From the NCBI GenBank assembly GCA_041946805.1, contig JBHGBC010000088.1:1-24321 (forward strand): a stretch of 24,321 nucleotides of DNA, read 5' to 3'. Below the pieces are notes generated by a model, which saw only the letters and a list, made by a program, of their open reading frames with translations, did no database searches and was not told the origin of the DNA. Positions within the stretch are counted from its first letter, which is position 1, and each line of letters begins with the position of its first letter. The position numbers and the translations under genes are program-made. Source of the DNA: a bacterium (GTDB taxonomy: Bacteria; Hinthialibacterota; Hinthialibacteria; Hinthialibacterales; Hinthialibacteraceae). This document shows, piece after piece, positions 17,363-24,321 of the stretch.

Positions 17363-17677
17363 ACATTCTTGTTTTCCATAACCCCTTCGGACTTTTATTG
17401 TCCGCTTCGCTCTTTATTATACCTTATTGAACGGATTATCATGGTAAAAGCATCAATCGGATGTAAAAAATTGTAAAGTCTATCGATAAAAATGGTTTAT
17501 AATCATTCAAACCTTTGACTGTTCTCTCTTCCTCCATTCTATTCATAAGACGTCCGGCGGAAACCCAATATTCATGAAACATGTATCCCATTTCGAATGA
17601 TCCCACTCGGGAAACATTATTAAGTATATCTATTTACTATAATTATATCGTATCATGAAAACCGGCAATTCAAGGGC

Positions 17678-18841
17678 TTAGCGGTTCACTGAATCATCGC
17701 GACGGCTAATCCGGTCCGCTTTCCAGAATGGCGCGGCATCACGGCGGGCATGGAGGGAGACCTCATCCAGTTCGATTTCCGCCGGCCCGCCGCGCACTTG
17801 CAGAATCAGCATCTGATCGTGCATTTCCGCTGCGGCCATCTGGACTGGATGCTCGATCAGGCTCCAGGAATCGTCCGGGAGGGAGGCGGCGGGATAATCG
17901 CTGTACCCTCCACTCTGTGTGCCCGGGCTGAAGAGCGCAAGGGATACCACGCCTTCTTCTCCCCGGGTCCGGCGGACCCGTGCCTGGGCGTAAATCCTGG
18001 CGGGATAGGAATGGATCTTTTGAAAATCCGCACTCGGGGGGAGGGGCAATCTGACTTGAATGACATCTTCCATAGTCCGCGTGCCCAGACAATAAGTAGG
18101 TCTGCCCGGACTGGACGAATGGGCCGGTGTGACTTCACTGGATGCCCGGCAATAGGCGCCTGATGTGGACGGAGGCACATGAATAACCGGTTGCTCGTTG
18201 ATCCAATCCGCGCCATCCACCGAAACGAGGCGGGACGCCCCCAAGGCCTGGTCCTGGTCTGAATAGTCCTCCAGAAGCCGGAGACAATCCAGCGACACTT
18301 TGGTTTCACCGGATTCCGGTCCCACCAGCTGGATGAGCCATTGAACCGACTGAAGCCCTGGGCGTTGAAATTCCAGGGAAAAATCCCGCAACTCCGGCCC
18401 CCAATCCGGCTGGGACCGGATGGCCACGGCCAGATGCTTCGGATTCCGGGCGTCATACACGGCCATCGCCGTCTGGCCGGGTTTTGGCCCATCCGCGGCG
18501 ATCCGGCAAGACATATAGACGGAACCGCTCGAAACGGGGATCGTATTCGATACGAACTGGACAGCTTCGCCCGGCTGCAGGATTACCGTGATTCGATCCG
18601 GCCCGGCTTCATGGCGGGGCAACGGCCGATCCAACACCGGAAGCGCTTTCCACCCCCGTTCCAGCAGCGAGGGGGCGTGAGGATCGCTTCCGGGCGGATT
18701 CACGCCGGCCCCGATTGGGATCAGCAGCACATCGAAATCGTCAGCGGCCGAAAGCGGTTGTGCCCCTCCAGGCAAAATGAAAAATGACAACAGAACGATG
18801 ACGGCCGAAATGTACAATATCCCACGGCAGCCAAAAAGCAT
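17678..18841 (-). CDS. Secreted hypothetical protein with probable tandem beta-sandwich domains
   Basis: Long ORF with a signal peptide from ATG 18841 (MLFGCRGILYISAVIVLL) and an AGGGGG RBS. Shares motifs with the N-terminal domain of the FGE-sulfatase protein. Confidence 0.75.
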   Translation of the reverse strand: MLFGCRGILYISAVIVLLSFFILPGGAQPLSAADDFDVLLIPIGAGVNPPGSDPHAPSLLERGWKALPVLDRPLPRHEAGPDRITVILQPGEAVQFVSNTIPVSSGSVYMSCRIAADGPKPGQTAMAVYDARNPKHLAVAIRSQPDWGPELRDFSLEFQRPGLQSVQWLIQLVGPESGETKVSLDCLRLLEDYSDQDQALGASRLVSVDGADWINEQPVIHVPPSTSGAYCRASSEVTPAHSSSPGRPTYCLGTRTMEDVIQVRLPLPPSADFQKIHSYPARIYAQARVRRTRGEEGVVSLALFSPGTQSGGYSDYPAASLPDDSWSLIEHPVQMAAAEMHDQMLILQVRGGPAEIELDEVSLHARRDAAPFWKADRISRRDDSVNR

Positions 18842-19591
18842 GGCAATACCCCCTGATCGATTGCTTCTCATAAAGGCATGGGATAAATCCGTGATCCCAT
18901 AAAAACCCATCGGGCAAATTGGAACTCTCTTCTCCTTCTGGAATTTGTTGGATCAGCGGCGGCATCCGCATAGAAATTACTTTTTCCCCGATTGTAAACC
19001 TTCCATAGATTCGGCAGGCCGATGCCCATGGCCATAAAAATCACTTGGCTATACTCTTCAACCGTGTTATCCGCCTCATTGACGGTGGACCTGGTTGTTG
19101 CATGGGAAAGGAAAACGAATGGCGGAAAAAGACTCCTCGATGCAGCAAATCACCCTCCGCTTTACACCGCCTGGATCTCACTCCCGAAATGGAAAAGCAC
19201 TCATTTCGCTCCATCCCTAAAGAATATCACTAAATCTTGATGCCTGTCAATAACATGTTTTCATGGCTATATGTGATGGTGGTTGCGGGCAATGTCGGAT
19301 TCCGCGGCGGTGCGCTCGAGAAGAATGAATTTAACGGATTAAAGACATACGGGCAGTATGTTTTGCCCCTGGTAGATATCCAGGAAGAATTGGGGCCCCT
19401 TCGAACGGCTCTTTGGCATTTTCTGCCCGGCTGAAGCCCGGGGCAAGTTTTAAAAGATAATATACAAGGGTTGTCCATTCATTGATTCGCAGCCGTTTGG
19501 GTACCTTTGGGAAACGCCTGGGAGAAAAGAGGCGGAAATCTCAGCCCTTTCCGCACTCCAGTGAACTGAACATGACTCAATTCAATCAATC

Positions 19592-19665
19592 TCGGGGTGA
19601 TTGGATTCGAACCAACGACCCACTGCTCCCAAAGCAGTTGCGCTACCAGGCTGCGCTACACCCCG
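19592..19665 (-). tRNA. tRNA-Pro(TGG), CCA not encoded
   Basis: CGGGGTG/CACCCCG acceptor stem, ACTGC-TTTGGGA-GCAGT anticodon arm and GGTTCGAATCC T-arm. Confidence 0.97.
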
Positions 19666-19881
19666 TAATGATTTCTTGTTTGGATGGAATCCTAATTGTA
19701 GATCCAAGATCCGGGCGGCTCAATCCCCCCCTGGGGACTCGGCTCCCCGGCCACATGGAGCGGATTGACCGTTCCGTCGCTTTCCCCGGACCGCACCCGG
19801 TTTTACCATGGTTTCCCGCCGGGTTCCGGATACGATATACCCCACCACCGCCTGCCGCGGGCCACGCAAAAGGATACCCCG

Positions 19882-21930
19882 ATGCCCAACCGACTGATCC
19901 ATGAAACCAGCCCCTATCTCCTGCAGCACGCCCACAATCCGGTGGATTGGCATCCCTGGAACGCCGAAGCCCTCGACCGAGCCCGGGCCGAAGACAAGCC
20001 CATCTTCCTCAGCATCGGTTACTCCGCCTGCCACTGGTGCCATGTCATGGAGCAAGAGTCCTTCGAGGACGAAGAGACGGCCCGCTTCATGAACGAGAAT
20101 TTCATCAACATCAAGGTGGACCGTGAAGAGCGGCCGGACCTGGACGAGATCTACATGGCCGCCGTGCAGGCCCTTTCCGGCACGGGCGGATGGCCCATGT
20201 CGGTGTTTTTGACCCCCGGCTTGAAGCCGTTCTATGGGGGGACCTACTTCCCCCCGCGCGACATGTACGGCCGTCCGGGTTTCAGAACCGTGCTGCAGAG
20301 TGTCGCCCGGGCGTACCGCGAACAACGGAATATGATTCTCGAATCGGCCGATCAGTTGACCGCGCACGTGCGGGACATGGCGGCGGCGCCGCGGGGAAAC
20401 GGGAGTGTGGAGTATTCCGCCATTGAAAACTGCGTCCAGGAGCTGCGTCTGCGGTTCGATTCCCGGCATGGCGGCTTCGGTCCGGCTCCCAAGTTTCCTC
20501 ATGCCATGGATCTCGCCCTGCTGTTGCGTTATTACATGAAGATCCGTAATGCCGAGGTGCTGCGGATGGCCGAATTCACGTTGGAAAAAATGGCCCAGGG
20601 CGGGATGTATGATCAATTGGGCGGCGGATTCCACCGGTATTCCACCGATGCCGAATGGCTGATCCCCCATTTCGAGAAGATGCTGTACGACAACGCGCTG
20701 TTGGCAAAGACCTACACCGAAGCGTATCAACTCACCCCAAAACCGTTTTACAGGCGGATCGTCACGGAAATCCTCGATTACGTGCTGCGTGAAATGACCC
20801 TGCCGGAAGGGGGATTTTATTCCTCCCAGGACGCGGACAGCGAAGGCCAGGAAGGGCTGTTCTTCGGCTGGACTCCCCGGCAAATCACCGCCGTTCTAGG
20901 CGAGGAGAAAGCCAAACTCGCCTGCCGGTACTTTGGCGTCGAGGAGTCGGGCAATTTCGAACCGGGCCTCAGCGTGCTGCATGTTTCTCTGAGTGAAGAA
21001 GTCCTGGCCAATCGCTACGGCGTCCCGGAGGAGGAAGTGCGGGATATTCTTCAAGACGCCCGGCGGCGGTTGTTCGCCGAGCGGGAAAAACGGATCAAGC
21101 CCGGCCGGGATGAGAAGATCCTCACCGATTGGAACGGCCTGATGATTTCCGCCATGGCCTTCGCCGGAAACGCGCTGGATGAACCACGCTACATCGAGGC
21201 GGCCGCGAAAGCATGTGACTTTCTGCTTTCCCATCTCAAAAGAGAAGACCGCCTTTGGCATACGTATAAGGGCGGGCGCGCCCATACGGCGGGTTTCCTC
21301 AGCGATTACGCCTTTTTCATCAACGGCCTGTTGGATACCTATGAAGCCACCCGGTCGGTCCGCTGGCTGCAAGAAGCCCTGCGCCTGGCGGATGTCATGA
21401 CCGGGCATTTCTGGGACACCCAAGAGGGCGCGTTTTTCTTCACCGCCGACGACCATGAGCCCCTGATCGCGCGCACCAAGAATCCCATGGACAATGCCGT
21501 TCCCTCGGGGAACTCGATGGCGATTCTCTCGCTTTTGCGGCTTTCAGAAATGACGGGCCGTCCGGATTTCAAAGAGAAAGCGGTGGCGGGCCTGAACGCC
21601 TTCGCGGGCAGCCTGCGCCGTATGCCTTCCGCCTTCTGCCAGATGCTGGCCGCCCTGGATTTTTATCTCGCCCCTCCCCGGGAAATCGTCCTGGCCGGTC
21701 CGGATTCATCCAGCCTCGATGCCATGCAAAAGGCCTTGTTCGAACGCTTTCTCCCCAACAAGTTGGTCCTTTATGCCGATCCGGATACGCGGGAACCGCT
21801 GGCGGCGCTCAGCCCGTTGGTCCAGGGCAAAACGCCCGTCAACCATTCACCCGCCGCCTATATCTGCGAGAATAATGCATGCCAAAAACCGGTTACCACG
21901 GTGGATGACCTGGTTTCACTTTTGAGTTAA
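19882..21930 (+). CDS. Thioredoxin-domain protein, YyaL/DUF255 (SPATA20-like) family
   Basis: Motifs [54 protein letters not shown] and [13 protein letters not shown]. Confidence 0.95.
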   Translation: MPNRLIHETSPYLLQHAHNPVDWHPWNAEALDRARAEDKPIFLSIGYSACHWCHVMEQESFEDEETARFMNENFINIKVDREERPDLDEIYMAAVQALSGTGGWPMSVFLTPGLKPFYGGTYFPPRDMYGRPGFRTVLQSVARAYREQRNMILESADQLTAHVRDMAAAPRGNGSVEYSAIENCVQELRLRFDSRHGGFGPAPKFPHAMDLALLLRYYMKIRNAEVLRMAEFTLEKMAQGGMYDQLGGGFHRYSTDAEWLIPHFEKMLYDNALLAKTYTEAYQLTPKPFYRRIVTEILDYVLREMTLPEGGFYSSQDADSEGQEGLFFGWTPRQITAVLGEEKAKLACRYFGVEESGNFEPGLSVLHVSLSEEVLANRYGVPEEEVRDILQDARRRLFAEREKRIKPGRDEKILTDWNGLMISAMAFAGNALDEPRYIEAAAKACDFLLSHLKREDRLWHTYKGGRAHTAGFLSDYAFFINGLLDTYEATRSVRWLQEALRLADVMTGHFWDTQEGAFFFTADDHEPLIARTKNPMDNAVPSGNSMAILSLLRLSEMTGRPDFKEKAVAGLNAFAGSLRRMPSAFCQMLAALDFYLAPPREIVLAGPDSSSLDAMQKALFERFLPNKLVLYADPDTREPLAALSPLVQGKTPVNHSPAAYICENNACQKPVTTVDDLVSLLS

Positions 21931-22006
21931 AATTCGCCTCGAACCCGGGGGAAAGCCCAGCGAAAGGGGACCGGGATGTGGATCACTCGGCAATCTGTCT
22001 TTCATC

Positions 22007-22477
22007 ATGACGCAAATCCATACGGTCACACTCAATCCGGTCATTGATTTAATATATGAAACCGATCGCTTCGAGAAAGGCACGACCTTCCGGTGCGATC
22101 GATATGAGCAAATCCCGGCGGGAAAGGGTATCAACGTCTCCTATGCCTTATCATATCTGGGCGAACCGTCTCACGCCTACCTCCTGATCGGCGAACCGGA
22201 ACTCAGTCTGTTCGGCCAGGCATGCCAGGAACGGGGCATCCAGTTTCACCCCTTCGCCGGGCCGTTCCCAACCCGCTGCCATTGCACGATTTTAGAACGG
22301 GAAACCGGCTTCGTGACTCATGTTCAAACCAAAGGGATGCTGGCGCCCGTGGAGGCCTATGAGATTTTGCGCCATGTGCTGGAACAACAGATATTTTTAC
22401 GAAACATTACAAGTAAACCAAGGACCAAAAAGTACAACTATTGGATTCCCATCGATAATATTACCGGTCAACTATAA
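22007..22477 (+). pseudogene. 1-phosphofructokinase-family (PfkB) hexose kinase, 3'-truncated
   Basis: TVTLNPVID and AGKGINVS signature motifs are present. Similarity and GC content drop at about 22395, and the C-terminal GAGD-type ATP-binding half is missing. Confidence 0.8.
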
Positions 22478-22496
22478 AAAAACTTTACAGCAATTT

Positions 22497-22536
22497 GCTA
22501 CCGATTTGTTACCGAGCTACCGATTGGCTACCGATT
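22497..22536 (+). repeat. Four direct repeats G(C/T)TACCGA(TT), probable integrase arm-type sites
   Basis: GCTACCGATT at 22497, 22516 and 22527; GTTACCGA at 22508. They lie between the junction and the integrase. Confidence 0.7.
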
Positions 22537-22609
22537 CCTCTCCCAAAAATCCATGATCATCTCCCCGGATTTATGCTACAGTATTAGGAGAACCGAGAGG
22601 GGGATGCCA

Positions 22610-23785
22610 ATGAAATTGACGGATCGGTTTATCCGCAATGTTTCCTGCCCGGCCGGCTCAATAGAAAAAGTTTATTGGGATGACCGGCGGCGGGGTTTGG
22701 GACTTCGGGTCCATGCCCAGGGGACAAAAACCTTCATAATCCATTACCGGTACAAGGGCAAGCAATATAAGATCAGCCTGGGCCATCCGCCAGAGATGTC
22801 GGTTCGGCAGGCTCACAGTAGGTACTCCGAATTTATGCTCAATTTGGACCGGGGTAAAAATCCCAAGGAAGAGGTGGTGGCAAACGAAATATCCATGGGT
22901 GATCTGGTATATACCTATTTGGATCGGCATGCCCGGATGTTGAAATCGGGCCCGGCTCAGAAATGGGCGCTGGAAAAATGGGTAGTGCCCCGATGGGGAG
23001 AGTGGCCCGCCTCTTCGATTCGCCGGCTGGATGTCGATGAATTGCACAAGGAAATCGGCCGAACCTCGCCGGTGATGGCCAATCGTTTAGTTTCTCTGCT
23101 GCATGTGATTTTTAGTTTTGCCAAAAAATGGGGTGTCCTTAAAACCAGTGAGGAGAATCCGGCGACCTTTATTGAACGGTTCCCGGAAAAGAAGCGCACG
23201 GTGTGGGTAGTCCCCGAGGACATGGATAAACTCATCCGGGCCCTGGAACCCGAGAACGTTTTAATTCGAGCCGCCATTTTGCTTTATTTAACCACCGGGC
23301 TCAGGAATCGGGAGTTAGTCCGCCGGCGGTGGGAGGATATTGATTGGGAACGCAAAATTTTGATCTTAACCGAAACAAAATCAAAGCGGCCATTTCTTTT
23401 GCCCTTATCGGATGCCGCCTTGGAGATTTTGAAGGGGATTCCACGCTTTTTAGGCAATCCGTATATTTTCCCCAGTAATAAAAAAGGCAGACCGTGGACT
23501 CAATTCCCCCGGAATGCTCTGTTGCGAATTCGGAGCCGGATCGGCATGAACATCACCGTTCACGATTTACGAAGAACCTACGGCTCCTGGCTGGCCTCCA
23601 GCGGGATCTCCTTGAAAATCATAGCCGGCCTGCTCAATCAAACCAGTCAAAGCATCACCGACTCGGTGTACTCCCAGTTGGCCAACGATCCCCTCCGGGA
23701 AGCCGCCAGCATTGTCGGAGAAAAGATCCGGCAAATTGCGGAAGGAGAACACAAAAAAAACAATACGATTGGCAATGAAGAGTAA
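22610..23785 (+). CDS. Tyrosine recombinase/integrase with N-terminal arm-binding domain (P4-like)
   Basis: Arm-binding domain YWD..GLGLRV..GTKTF..YR. Catalytic motifs TGLR, TKS and HDLRRT, plus Tyr in SVY. GAGAGGGGG RBS before ATG 22610. Confidence 0.93.
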   Translation: MKLTDRFIRNVSCPAGSIEKVYWDDRRRGLGLRVHAQGTKTFIIHYRYKGKQYKISLGHPPEMSVRQAHSRYSEFMLNLDRGKNPKEEVVANEISMGDLVYTYLDRHARMLKSGPAQKWALEKWVVPRWGEWPASSIRRLDVDELHKEIGRTSPVMANRLVSLLHVIFSFAKKWGVLKTSEENPATFIERFPEKKRTVWVVPEDMDKLIRALEPENVLIRAAILLYLTTGLRNRELVRRRWEDIDWERKILILTETKSKRPFLLPLSDAALEILKGIPRFLGNPYIFPSNKKGRPWTQFPRNALLRIRSRIGMNITVHDLRRTYGSWLASSGISLKIIAGLLNQTSQSITDSVYSQLANDPLREAASIVGEKIRQIAEGEHKKNNTIGNEE

Positions 23786-23930
23786 AAATGTTTATATGTG
23801 AATTATACAGGTTGAAATAATTCTCCATTCACAGATCCCCCAAAATCTCCGTCAAGATTCTTTCTTAATTTTTCATGCGATTTTTTGCCGCCGATGGAGG
23901 TAACACAACATATAATTTGTGTGACGACCA

Positions 23931-23990
23931 AAATAGAAATGCCCGCTGGGCAAGGCGGGCGGTAAGCGAAAGGAAACCAAAACTGTGACA
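23931..23990 (-). ncRNA. Predicted ~60-nt antisense RNA over the RBS/start of the rep-like ORF
   Basis: Minus-strand promoter TTGATT (24025-24020), a 17-nt spacer, then TATAAT (24002-23997). Terminator-like GCCCGC-8nt-GCGGGC-ATTTCTATTTT at 23960-23930. Confidence 0.5.
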
Positions 23991-24321
23991 GATAACATTA
24001 TATACAACTTCCAACCGGAAATCAAAAATCTCACCAATCACCCCGAAAGCCATGGCCAACTCGGCCCTGATGGACGGCCCGAACACCCAAACCGCGAAGG
24101 CGCGGCAGGTCCATCCTTCCATAAACTTGTGGGAATGATCAACAGGATCCCCCTGCCCGGGGCAGGCCGGATTATTCTCTGTGAAGTGGCGAGGTTTCGG
24201 AACCATGAAACCGGAGCGGCGTTTCCTTCCATTGGGCAAATCACTCAAAGGTTACAACTATTAATGACGCCCCGGCAAAAAGTCGTCATCACAATTTCAA
24301 AAAATGTCGTCTCGAATGTTA
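23985..24321 (+). CDS. Probable helix-turn-helix (HTH_36-like) replication protein, partial (runs off right edge; absent from the ORF track)
   Basis: AAAGGAAA RBS, GTG 23985 and 112 codons open to the window end. Contains IILCEVARFRNHETGAAFPSIGQIT, which resembles the N-terminal wHTH of phage replication initiators. Confidence 0.6.
   Translation, partial: MTDNIIYNFQPEIKNLTNHPESHGQLGPDGRPEHPNREGAAGPSFHKLVGMINRIPLPGAGRIILCEVARFRNHETGAAFPSIGQITQRLQLLMTPRQKVVITISKNVVSNV

Larger units (their letters stand above)
22395..24321. mobile_element. Left end of an integrative element (prophage/satellite/genomic island)
   Basis: Interrupted host gene, GC drop, arm-type repeats, tyrosine integrase and a replication-like ORF. 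The boundary is approximate. Confidence 0.75.

Noticed and set aside
18911..19590. Small ORFs or a riboswitch between the hypothetical gene and the tRNA
   Set aside because: The short ORFs lack RBS and recognisable motifs, and I could not match any riboswitch consensus.
19592..19665. tRNA-Pro as the integrase attachment site
   Set aside because: It is about 2.7 kb from the junction, separated by an intact host gene, and I saw no tRNA 3' duplicate near the integrase.
23865..24248. 127-aa minus-strand ORF
   Set aside because: It overlaps the better-supported + strand HTH ORF and a promoter/terminator, and has no motifs.
1..24321. Complete DGR cassette (RT, avd, template repeat) within the window
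   Set aside because: I found no reverse transcriptase ORF and no AAC-rich near-copy of the FGE-sulfatase 3' end.

Overview
GC-rich bacterial chromosomal window dominated by secreted proteins. The genes, left to right, are: a partial secreted hypothetical protein running off the left edge; an AT-rich WD40 pseudogene truncated at a MITE; an SMP-30/gluconolactonase; a secreted ADP-ribosylglycohydrolase-family protein; a BON-like/DUF1207 protein; a coupled pair of M14 zinc-carboxypeptidase homologues (one catalytically dead); a secreted FGE-sulfatase (C-lectin-fold) protein; lexA; an orphan Wzm-type ABC permease; an HpnG/MTAN-like phosphorylase; a TrpD2/YbiB-like protein; a secreted hypothetical protein; tRNA-Pro(TGG); a YyaL/DUF255 protein; and a 1-phosphofructokinase-family gene cut by an integrative element (tyrosine integrase, arm-type repeats, a probable replication gene). 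Intergenic regions carry mosaics of REP-like palindromes and a recurring ~120-250 bp MITE-like family. The main candidates for follow-up are: (1) the FGE-sulfatase 3' end looks like a diversity-generating-retroelement variable region, with no RT or template repeat in the window; (2) an orphan ~190-nt sRNA with a near-consensus promoter, anti-SD loops and a terminator; (3) the peptidase/pseudopeptidase pair; (4) an integrative element inserted in a pfkB gene, with a predicted antisense RNA over its rep-like gene; (5) a candidate LexA box. All family assignments come from motif recognition by eye; no searches were run.
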